Positions 14,101 through 25,800 of a stretch of 64,000 nucleotides of DNA are shown one piece after another. The position numbers and the translations under genes are program-made. The first letter of the stretch is position 1; each line of letters opens with the position of its first letter. Source of the DNA: Auanema rhodensis (Eukaryota > Animalia > Nematoda); contig OZ059897.1 in the NCBI GenBank assembly GCA_964057225.1, positions 16,182,001-16,246,000 of the forward strand. The letters are read 5' to 3'. A model generated the notes under the pieces. That model saw nothing but the letters and a program-made list of their open reading frames with translations. It was not told the origin of the DNA and made no database searches.

Positions 14101-16589
14101 TGTATTTATGGCACCTCAAATAGCTACAGCTACATACAGCCACGGAAACTAGAAAAGGTGGGCAAAAGCATTTTCCTGTTTGTCCAACTATACAGCAACT
14201 ATGTTGATAACAACCATGACGGTACAAGAAAAAGAACTATATTCACCGTCGTCATTTTAACTATGGCCAACATGAAATGTCGGAGGATAATCAACGTATT
14301 TGACTTCGAAAAAATGTTAAATAAATATATATTATTTTGAAGACCTCCGTTTCTTTTGAATAGTTCAATGATATATTTTAAACGAAACTTTTGTACTTTC
14401 TCAAGAAAATGTGTAGTTGTGTCCACTTATAGCCTATAACATGGCAGTGAAGGGGCAAGTAAATTTAACTCTCAGCAACTAGCAATTTTCTTGTATAATG
14501 CCAACTTGAAAATGAATTGTCAGTTTGACTACGACCTCTCTCACTTGTTTTCTTTCTAAGTACCAATCATAACAGCACAGATATCTGACGAATGGCTTTT
14601 GTTTGACCATATAAAGGTTGGAAGAGGACACAGCTCACATTGACTCTAGAAGAGAGAGAGAGAGATGGTATGAGAAAGCAACGGTAATAGATAGAGAGCA
14701 TGGAAAAGGAAAAAGAGATAGAGATTTAGTAAGGTTATGGGGCCATTGTGGCAAAGTATGGTTTTTATATATGCATATGCAAGAGATGGAGAAGAGAGAA
14801 AATACAGAAATACATACATACACACATACATTGAGAGAACAGTAATTAATACGTGTTCCCTTCTCTCTGATTCTTGAAGCTCTCTACATCTTGCGCATTC
14901 TCTAAGCCAACTGACCTTCGGCGACCTCAGTTGTCCCTACCACCACCACCGGCCCCTCCTCGACCACTGGCTTGTCTATGGTTGCGGTTCATCCTACTAA
15001 CCGTACGTTGACTGTGTAAGTCAATGGTCAATGATGACACTCATCATCTGAACGAAAATACTCTACTAGTTCATCCGATTTTCGCTGTTCTCATTTTCTA
15101 TATGAACTTTTCATATGTGCTCTCACTTTTCGTTGTCCTTTTTTGTCATTTCTTGGCGCCTGATAGCACTAGTCCAAGTATTGCTCATCCAATTGGTTTT
15201 CTAAGCTTTTCTCACGCCTACACATTTCTTTATCTTTCAAACGTTACTCATTCTTACTTTAGTTTATTCTTTATTCATATTTTAGTATGATCCAAGATTG
15301 GTCTTCTAATTTATATTTTAATCATAAATATGTATCTTATATTTTATATTATTGTTTCTTATTTTTATTTCCATAGAATTAATATGTAGATCAACTATTT
15401 CTTTTTACTAAAATATAAAGAAGGTACCTTTAAAATTACAGTCAGTTGTATGAAACATTGTATTTATTGATAAAAATTTAATTCGACACAAATTTGAGGG
15501 GAATATATAGATTCCAAATATTTTCTTATTTATTTTCTTTAATAGTTTTATGTTCATTTTAAGGTCAACCGTTTCCTTATACAAATATTCTGATGTATTA
15601 TTTTGCTATCAAAAGTTTCAATATTAGTCTTTAGATTATGCTTTTGTAGCTGTTGTCATTTTTTATTATGTTTTTCTTTGTTTTCGTTGTAACCGGCTGT
15701 GCTTTACTAAAAAGAGGAAGCAATGGTTTTGCATGATTTTTATTATAATTACATTTCTCATTCATTTTTACATAATTATCATTTAATATATCTTTAGAAA
15801 TTTAGGTTAATTCCTTTCAAAATCTGTACTTTGCTTATTGCTCGTATACTCTATTTCAACATTCATTTATAGTCATTTTCCTAATAATACAGTGTATTAC
15901 GCATTAAAGTTAACTATTTTATTTGATTATTTACCCTTTATTGAAAACAATGAAGAATAATTTTCCGGATATTGTTTCACGCAAGTGAACTATTTTATCC
16001 GAACCGAATTTTGCTGTTGGAAACTGCTTTAGTCGCTTACGAGTTTTGTTTTCTTATATCGCTTCTTCATATCTTTGGTGACAGCTGTGTCAAAGCCGTC
16101 TTGTTAATGTTCTTTTCCCATAATTTCTTTTTAAATCATTACTTTTCTTGTTTGAAATTTTTCTTTTAAAACTTTGGTCATCGAAATCATTTGGATGACC
16201 ATGATTTCATAGAAACAAATGTTACTTATTTTTTTTAGTTTTCTAGATTTCAATTTGAAATCTCAAAAAAACATGCTCTACCGTACAAAACTATTTAACC
16301 TTCTCAGTAATTTTCTTATACTTTATCCTCTTCAATAAAATATATTAATGAAATGCTCAAGTTTATTCAAACATAGTCACTCAAGCTTTTTTTCTCTTTC
16401 ACGATATTGTTTCTAATTATTCTTATCACTTCATTGATAAACTCTTTATTTATTTCACCCATGTGCTCCGCTTCTGAACCTTTTGTATATGTGACAGATG
16501 TTTTATGTACGGAATATTTTCATACGTTTCTTTTAACAAAATTTGTTGAATATGTATTTTTACTTATTTTAGCTATATTCAGATTTTCT

Positions 16590-19429
16590 ATGCATGATTC
16601 GGGCGAAAGCCCTTCACATTTCTGTCGCGATGACATAGTCGTTAATGATAATCCACTTGATGGCCACGAACGATTTAAGATTTTAAGTTATCTGGGAAAG
16701 GTAAGTATCATTTCATTGTCTTTAATTGAGAAATCTTTATATTCAAAAAAATTACTTTTGAAGTGTTTTTTTCAAACCTTTGTTCAATCATTTGTAACGA
16801 ACAATATCCGCTTTATTAGGTTTAACTATTCAAGTAGCTTCAATAGTATTTGCTATTCCTCTTAAAGTCATTTCCGATTGCAACGTCATATATTAAGCTA
16901 TACCATCTTTTTATAGATTTTCTCTTTACTTACCTTCCTATATTATCCTATAAACAGACTTTAAGATATTAAAGCGAGTTAAAACTACATATAATTTTAA
17001 ATATGTACAATTTTCTATGCAGCTAGTTTACATTTAAAATATTGACATTTTCCCTAAATTTCGAAAGCTCTTGTCTTATTCGACCAGGAAGAGGCTGTTA
17101 AAGTTTTTATGTGGTAGCTCTTATGCTGAATACTTACAGGGCGGATTTGCCGAATGTTATTCGGCCACAAGCTTGAAACATGGGGATAATGTTGCTCTTA
17201 AGATCGTTGAAAAAGTTAAACTACAAGATTCAACATATATCAAAATGAAAAGAGAAATAAGCATTCATAGGTATGATGCAATTAGGAATTGAGTAACAAA
17301 TATATTTCAGGCTTTCACATCACAAAAATATAGTACGCATGTTTGACAATTTTGAGGATCACAAATATTACTATCTTATATTAGAATTATGTAACGCTCA
17401 AAGTCTTTTATCAATCATAAATACAGCTCATGGTAATTTTTAACGGTTTTATTCCTCCTGAAATTACGGATTTCAGTTTGTCCTGGTTATATGGATGTAA
17501 ATCTAGCTCGAAAATATTTACATGGTATTTTGTCTGCTGTGGATTATCTTATTTCCAGGAAAATTCTTCACCGTGATATTAAGCCTGGCAACATATTTAT
17601 AGGTGTGATGTTTATATTTGTTCTTAAATTAAAGCTCGATATAGGCGGTGATGGAGAGGTGAAATTAGGCGACTTTGGTTTGGCTATTGAAATGAAAGAT
17701 CTTCACAAAGCGAGTGTTAGTGGAACTCCAAATTATCTTGCACCTGAGGTAATGCTATTATGCTAAATGTTTTCTAAAAATATGCCTCAGATTCTTCATC
17801 ATAAAGGTCACTCTGAATTCAGTGAAATATGGTCAATTGGTTGTTTGTTATATTGCATGATGACTGGACGTCCTCCCTTCGAGACAGAATCTATCGATAA
17901 GACGTATATCCGGATTTCTCACGGCGATTATAAGTATGTTCCGATGAGTTTCTGTTAGTAATTTATTAACATTTTAGAATGACTAGCGCTATAAGAGCTG
18001 TACCAGCTTTAGAACAAATAATTGCTCAGTAATTTTAACATTATTTTCCGTGTTTGATTATTCTATGTTATAGATGTTTATCAGTCAATCCAAAACTTAG
18101 ACCAAGAGTTAAGGAATTATTACATCATCCATGGGTTGTTGAAAGTCATGCAAATGATGCTAGATATCAATCTTGTAACCTCAATGCTTCTCCCCCTCAA
18201 ATTCTTACTAGGTCTGGATTATGGTTACCTGCCTTAGTTAATAATTTTAAATTATAGAGCTAAAAGTGTTGGAGACATGTTGAAAGATGCCAATGGAAAT
18301 GTGTCGATGCGATATTCCAGACCTAAGTCAACCGTTGGCGGAGTTCCTGATAATTCTTGTTTTAGTGATAAAGTTAATCATTTTTACTACTTGGAATTTA
18401 TAGTAGTATTTCAGTCACGGAGAAAATCAATCACTGGATCTCATGATTCTGGTTTCGGTTCAGAAGTTGACATGTCCAGAAGGCCAGCACTTTCAGATTG
18501 TGTGAATAAAATACTAATTGATCTTCGTTCCTTATTTGGTGAGAACGATTTTTTAATAATTAAATATTGCAAAAATGGTTTTAGATAATAGAAGTACACT
18601 TATTCCTTGTTCATTTTATGGAATATATATTTCTAAATGGGTAGATTATTCCAATAGACGTGGTTTTGCTTGTAAATTATCAGATGGCACAGTTACAGTT
18701 AAATTTAATGAGGGTTCTTGCCTCGGTTTGCCGTAAGTTTGAAATTATTTAATACATGGTACCTTTTTTAAACCCAGGCCGTCATCTGATCGTTTTGTCT
18801 ATGCTGGATCTCCATTTTCTATCCCAAAGTTACACGATATTCGTGATTGCAGAACAACGCTGGAATTAGAATTAATAAATGTGAGTTCTTTTCCAACAAT
18901 GAAAAAAAATGTACTTGTATTTGAGACTGTTATTCAATATGGCAAGTATATGGATAAAGAGTTAGCTGGCGGACCCATTGTTCCATATTATATGAACTCA
19001 TTAATGGATACCCCATATTTAGTATTTCACCACTTGACAAATGACCATCTGTTAGCTGTTTTAAGTAATGGAACTGTACAGGTATGTAACCATTTATTCC
19101 GCTGAAATCTGAAATTAATCTCATTATAGGTCAACGTGTTGAGGGAAAAAGTGAAAATTGTCTTATGGAAAGACGATACCATTAGAGGAAGTCCATGTTG
19201 TATTTCGTTCTTAACACAAGGATTTGAAATGCAATCATTCAGGATACAATCAAACGTTTTCAGTTCTACTATAGAGAAACCTAGGGATCCTCAGTAAGTT
19301 GCTCAATGAAAACTATTTTCATATTATTATTTCAGTCTTCAAGATTATTTGCAATTTATATCAACTATTATAACTACAACATGCGATTTTATTTCGCTTA
19401 AAAAACCTCCTCTTTCGACGGAGTGCTGA
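16590..19429 (+). CDS. Divergent polo-like serine/threonine kinase (kinase domain plus two polo boxes), multi-exon
   Basis: Kinase motifs: LGK|GGFAECY, VALK, REISIHR, LILELC, ILHRDIKPGNIF, VKLGDFGLA, GTPNYLAPE, EIWSIGCLLYCMMTGRPPFET. Polo box 1: YISKWVDYSNRRGF. Polo box 2: LAVLSNGTVQ|VNV. Probable ATG at 16590 (MHDSGES); stop after ...PPLSTEC at 19427-19429. Further upstream exons cannot be excluded. Confidence 0.9.
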
Positions 19430-20177
19430 GCAATGACTGTTATATTTTTTATATAATTGTGTTTTTTTGCATTCTTAATAATTTAGTTTTGTTCATGACA
19501 TTCTTTCTCAGTTTTTGTCGGGTATCCCTTTTTCAAATATTTTTTATCTATCTTGCTTGTAGTAGTCTTTTCAAACAATGTGATATTTGCAGTTTTCTTT
19601 AAGAATCTGCTACTGCCAGGTTGTTCTTTTCATGATCGTTGTTATGTACAGATATCATCTACAGCCGTTTTGTCGGGTAGAGCAGATGAAACTATTGCCA
19701 TTGTCGTTTGTATTTTAAAAATCTGTTTCTAATGAATTTTTAATGTTTAGTTTTCTCAGGATTAACTTGAAAACAATGCTTGTTGTCAAAGGTTAATGAA
19801 GAAACAGGCGATTTGCTGGCTGATAGATAACAAAGATAAAATAACCCAACGTGTGGTGTTTACGTAAAACTTGTTTCAACCTTATTCTTGAACAAAGATA
19901 AATTTCAAAATGTTGATACTTTTTAATGAAAAACAGTCTTTGATCTGTTTTCATAGTAAATTCCCAATGTTTCAGGCGTCAGGTGTGTTGCTAACATGTG
20001 GCGGTTTGCGTCACTTTGTTGCATCTCTGAGTCTTGCCGTGTTAATTTATCGGATAACTGAGCTATTGAACTGAGCATTGTGTTCTTCACTGCGTTTATG
20101 AATAGACAGTTTTTCAATTGTTGGTGATCGAGTAGTTCAATTATTTGGTTCCTGCTTAAGACTTTCCATGATCAAAC

Positions 20178-22682
20178 ATGGAAAACGAATGGCTATCATC
20201 CTACTCTCGAACGCCTAAGAGGACGTCCTTGTGCAAAAAGGTAAATAAAATTTATATAAAATACTTTTTTGCAAAGAAAACATATCTTTAGTCATTTCTT
20301 CTCATCGAAAAAGATGTGGAAATGGAATTTATGAGAGAACTTGCAATTTTTCGAAGGTGTTCGGTAAAATTATTTCTTCCTGCTAACCAAGATACATTGC
20401 AGGACAGGATTCCTTTGTGATATAATCATTAAAGCTGCCGGCACTAACACCCAAAATATAATAGAAATTCCAGCGCATAAAGTTATTTTATGTTCATATA
20501 GCCCATATTTCAGGTTAAAAATGATAAATTGCTGTATATAAATTTGAATTTAAGGGCAATGTTCTCATCTAGCATGATTGAAGCATCTTCTAATGAAGTT
20601 ATTCTTAGAGTGAGCAGCCATGTTATATTTTACTGAATATTAAAGTAATTTAAGGATATCGATGGAACCTCTCTAGATCTTCTCATAGATTACATGTATG
20701 AACATTTTTTAGAGATAGATAATCTCAATGTTCAAAATTTGTTTTCAACCGCAAATCTATTGCAAATGACAAAAGTTAAAGAAGGTTGTGCTCGGTACCA
20801 ATATTTTATATTACTTAGTAGAAACTAATCCTATCTTCAGATTTATGAAGAGCCTATTAGAGCCTGAAAATTGTCTAGGAGTGATGATTTTTGCTAGTTC
20901 ACATTCATGCTCCGAACTATATGAAGATGCTTTATCTTTTACTATTGAAAACTTTTCGTAATGGCAGTTGAACGATATTTTTTACCGATATATCTTACAG
21001 AGAAGTAGCAGAAAAGGAAGAATTTCTTGAATTGTCTTTTGATTGTCTACAGCAGATATTCGAGGAAAATACAATGATTTCGGCAGTAAGTAACAGTGTT
21101 CACTATATGATATAAATTCTCACAGGAAGAGGAAAAAGTGTACAATGCTCTAATTAGATGGATAAAGCACGATCTTAACCAACGAAGACTGTGTATTCCT
21201 CAGTACGTGATTCAACGTTTCGTTAACTATTTAATTAACATTTGGATCTGTAGACTTTTACCATACGTTCGATTGCCGTCAATTTCGAAGGACTTCTTGT
21301 GCGATGTAGTTTTCAACGAACCTCTGGTTTAAACATTTTTTATAACTGTAGCTTATTTAAATATTAGATAACCCAAAATGAAGAAGGAAAAAGTTTGCTT
21401 TTGGAAGCTTGCAAATGTATATTTAAAAACGATCTATCAGAAGAAAAAACTCATTGGCAACCAAGATACAGAGCATCAAATGATCAACCGGTTTTTAATA
21501 TTAATATGAATTATGTTTTATGGCATATATTCAGATAATATTTATCGTTGGTGGCCAATCACCCAAGGTTGTTGCTGAGGCTAGCTTATATAATCCCAAC
21601 AATGGAGAGTGGTGTGCAGGTAAACCTTAACCGGGTAACATTAGTTATTGCGTTTTTATGTAGTTCATTCTCTTCCTGAACCGAGAAGTCGTTGTGGTGT
21701 TGCTTTGATTGATCAATTTCTTTATGTTATCGGTGGCTTTAATGGAGCTGAACGACTCGACTCAGTTGTTGTTTATCACATTGAAAGGTAGTTAGACTTT
21801 TATAACATTCTAGTTTAACCGCTAACTTCAAGAGATTTATGGTTGCCAATGCCAAAAATGAATTCGAAAAGAGAAACTGTTGGTGTAGGTACATTGGGCA
21901 ATGCGGCTTATGCTCTTGGAGGCTTTAATGGATATTCCGGATTGTCTTCTTTGGAGTTTTATGATCCTCGCCAAGGTATATCTTCGTCTTTTAGTTTTTC
22001 ATTTTAAATATTTTGTCTAGGATGCTGGGAACAGTTAAGACCAATGCAAGAACACCGTTCTTCCTTAGCGGTTGCCTGCGCCAATAATGAAATTTATGCA
22101 ATTGGTGGTTATAATGGAATAACAGGAAACCACTTAAATACTGTAATCTTGTAAGGTTTACCTTTTGTATGTTTTGAATTTAGGTTGAAATATATGACCT
22201 AAGAGCTGATCGATGGAGACACGGTAGTTCTCTAAATAATATTCGTTCTGGTGCAGGTGCTACAGTTTTAAATAATAAAATTGTTGTTATTGGAGGACAT
22301 CACGGGCCTTTAATTTCGGACACTGTCGAGGTTCATAATATTATATTATGATATTAATTTTTTTGGTGTACTTCTAGGTGTGGGATGATAACGAATGGAA
22401 ATTCGAAACTAGTCTCAATGTTCCAAGGCGCAATGCTGCAGTTACTACATTCTCAGGCAATTTTTAAATGTTTTTATCGAGATTATGTTGATGAAATATA
22501 GATACCCTACTTGCTATTGGAGGAGATAACGGAGAAAATTCCTTGGATTCAATCGAATACATGAACTGTGATTTATGGAAAATATCAAAAGTGAGTTTAT
22601 CCTGTTTCATAATCATTACAAAATGAATGTTTAGGACATACTCCCAAGTCCAAGGTCGTATGCTGGTATTGCTGTTCTTTAA
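20178..22682 (+). CDS. BTB-BACK-Kelch protein (KLHL2/KLHL3/Drosophila Kelch-like CUL3 adaptor), multi-exon
   Basis: BTB: FLCDIII...IPAHKVILCSYSPYFR|AMFSSSMIE. BACK: KVYNALIRWIKHD, LLPYVRLP. Kelch repeats carry GG and Y/W signatures, and the motifs RSRCGVA, RETVGVG, RSSLAVA, RSGAGAT, RRNAAVT and RSYAGIAVL* follow the order seen in KLHL2/3. Confidence 0.88.
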
Positions 22683-22839
22683 GAATGTTTTGTATTAGAC
22701 TTGTACATAAATTGTTTAAACGGGTTAGATTGAAAGCTTTCTATTTGTTTTCTGCTTAATACTTGCCTTAAATTTCATTTTGATTGATATTTAGGTAGAT
22801 ATATGAATAGAATATTTTCTTTAAGCTATTTTAATAAAA

Positions 22840-25800
22840 ATGGATTCTGAAAAAGAAGTAAAGAAAGAGCCTGTTGACGATTCATTTCAAGGTGATGGTG
22901 ATATAGAACTTCTTGATTATGAGAGCAATCTCCTGTTAGATACTATTGATGACGATACCTTATTTATAACCGCAAGGCGAGTCCACTCGTGTTTCCATAA
23001 AATTGAATTTTAAGTTTCTTAGGGGCCTCGGAGTAGAAAGATTGTTTCTCAATCACTTGATCATGTACTCTGATCCAAAGCTTTTATATCTTGTGCTTAA
23101 TACAAATACTCATGACGAGGTATTGTCTACTGAAAAACCTGGAATTGTTTAGGCTATTCAGGCGTATTTTATCAATAAGTTAAAAGAATCTGGAGTAACC
23201 TGTTCTCCTAAACTAGTAACCGCCGATGTTAATGTGAAGGATAGGTTGAACATAACAACGTGTATAACTCGTTAAGTATTTTTTAGGCAAGCTTTATACC
23301 TTAGCGGTGGAGTGCAATTTATAACTTCAAGAATTTTACTTGTCGATTTGCTGACAAAGAATGTACCGGTTGAGAATGTTTCTGGAATTTTAGTTTATAG
23401 AGCTCACCAGTGAATACATATTGAGTTAAAGCAACATACACGTTTCTGTTCAGAGTTCTTCATAGTTTTCAAGAATCATTCATTATAAGGTTGTATCGTG
23501 AACATAAACGGGGAGGGTTTGTGAAGGTTTTTTGGAACTATGTTTCATTATTAGAGCTTATGTTTGAGGCATTTTCCGACGTTCCTTCTTCATTATCTTC
23601 TCTGGGCCAACTTCAAAGAGTAGTAGATCGTTTATATGTTAAGAAGGTAGCTATTCTGCCAAGATTTCATGAACATGTTCGTGGCGAATTGGATCACGTT
23701 AGTACTTGATTTATAGAAATCAACATATTAAAAGTATTAGGCAACTGTGGTTGAGTGGAATGTAGCACTTCCGCCTATTCTTCGAAGAGTTCAAAATGCT
23801 ATTCATGATCTTATTAAAGTCTGCATGCGAGAATTAAAACAATGCTCATATTCAACAAAGGTTGAATTCTTTAAAGTATTCTGAAAATAATATCTGAAAA
23901 TTTAGTTAAATCAAGATGAAAGCGAAAATACCATTGGTGTTTATGCTTATATGACAACTTCCTTAGAGAAACAGTTATCAGAGAGAAGGTATAAATAATT
24001 ATTTATATATCTTATGATCTTTATTAAGATCTTTTCTGAGTGACAAGCAATCTCGCCTATTGGGTGACCTTGAACTTTTACGTGAATTTCTGAGGATTGC
24101 TGAAGACATGGATATGGCCACTCTTCATAATCGTTTCAAAGAGATAAGGGGAGATTCCGAGGTTTTTCTTTTTCCCTCAGATGTTACCTATGTTGCTTAT
24201 AGTTTTTGGAAAATAATAGTGGTTGGATATTATCGACCACTGCGTCTCGGTTATTTTCAGATGTAGATACAATGTGTGGAACCTCAGAAAACAATTCTTT
24301 TAATCGTATTTATAACATTGTGCATGCGCTCGTTTCTAATATGTTTTTTAGCTCCACCAAAGTGGGATGTTTTAATAGACATTTTGAAAGAGGTTAAAAA
24401 TATGGAAATAACTCCAGATCGCGTTGGAGAAGATGGTCGATTATTTGTATAAAATCATTAAAAAATGTATTATTTTAGGCCCTTCTGTATTAGTTTTTGC
24501 TTCTAATGATGCTGTTTGTCGTCAGTTGGCTGATTTAATTAAACACGGGAAATCATTTCTTGAATGGTCAGTAAGAAAAGATTCAACACATGTTCGACAA
24601 TGTGAACCAAAACGTGACCCTATATGGGATCCTGATTATACAAGTTTATTTCTTCGAACAAATGTAGTACGTACATAAGCCTCATAAAAAGTTTTGTTGG
24701 CTTCTACTTTCAGAACCGTGAAGCTCGTGATAATATGAAAAGCGATGTACAGAAAACTCAAATTGTCACTGCGAGAGCACAGAGAAAAAGAAGAAAAGTT
24801 TGACTATTGTTGGTGTCTTACTTCAATTTGTATTGTTATTTAGGTTGCTGAAGATTTAATAGGATCCACCTCTGGCGGGAAGCAAACTAACATTGTTCAA
24901 TTTGGTATTCTGCAGTATAAAAAAAGAAGATCTGGCCAAGTAAGTTAAAATTTATTACCAAATACAAAAAAGAAAACAATGTTCGAAAAATTAAAACGTT
25001 ATGGGAATCCTGAAACTAAATGCGATTATATAAAGCACTGAAACAAAGGTTTCCAATTTCAAAACAATTAGAGTCGAGCAGTTTGTTTAGGTTATTTTTC
25101 AAAATTAAACATTTTTAGAAAATTTAGTGAAAAATTCCAATTGCATATCAGTTTCGCTGTGAACTCCTGCTAAAATTGTGATGAGTTTTGTGATTGTTGC
25201 AAACTGCTTCATGAAGGCATTGCTCACTGGGGTTCCTTCTGGCACAACAGGAGCTTTCAGTAAGAGTGATAGCAATGAAAGAACCTAAGACAATATATTC
25301 TATGTGCATTCAAAATTTTATTGTACCTGATGGAAGCTGGTAAACTCGTCATTTTCCGCACGATATTGGATACGTGTAACCAATTCGGTTAGAATAGCGA
25401 GATCATAAATGAGAGGAGTAGCCAATAAAGAATCTTCGCAGGTGTTATGAATAACAAAAGTTTGGCGACCGCCCATGAAAATGCTGAATTTTGATTTTAA
25501 GAATATTCATTACGTGAAAAATTAACCTGCAAATGTACTCGTCCATGGCTCTCTTGGAATCACCAACAAATGGGACATATTTAATGACGATACAATGATC
25601 AGGGTTTCTTTCATCAGGATAGAGAATCTTGTTTGACTTAACCATATCGTCTACCACAGATGATTTTGAAATTTCTTTTGAACGGAATTGCTTCGCTTCG
25701 CTTAAATTTTTGCCATCATTGTTTCCGAGATGATTGTATGAAACAATCGACTCTGGTTTAAGTCCAGAGCTAACAAGAAAGTCGACAAGTGCGGATTTGA

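Noticed and set aside
3022-16169. Many 60-100 aa ORFs in the intergenic interval
   Set aside because: They have low-complexity F/L/I/S-rich composition typical of AT-rich non-coding DNA, with no domain motifs and no consistent exon chain.
17-22682. Functional clustering of an SLC12 transporter with a KLHL3-like gene (WNK pathway)
   Set aside because: The genes are 18 kb apart, SLC12A8-type proteins are not established WNK-SPAK targets, and proximity alone is not evidence.
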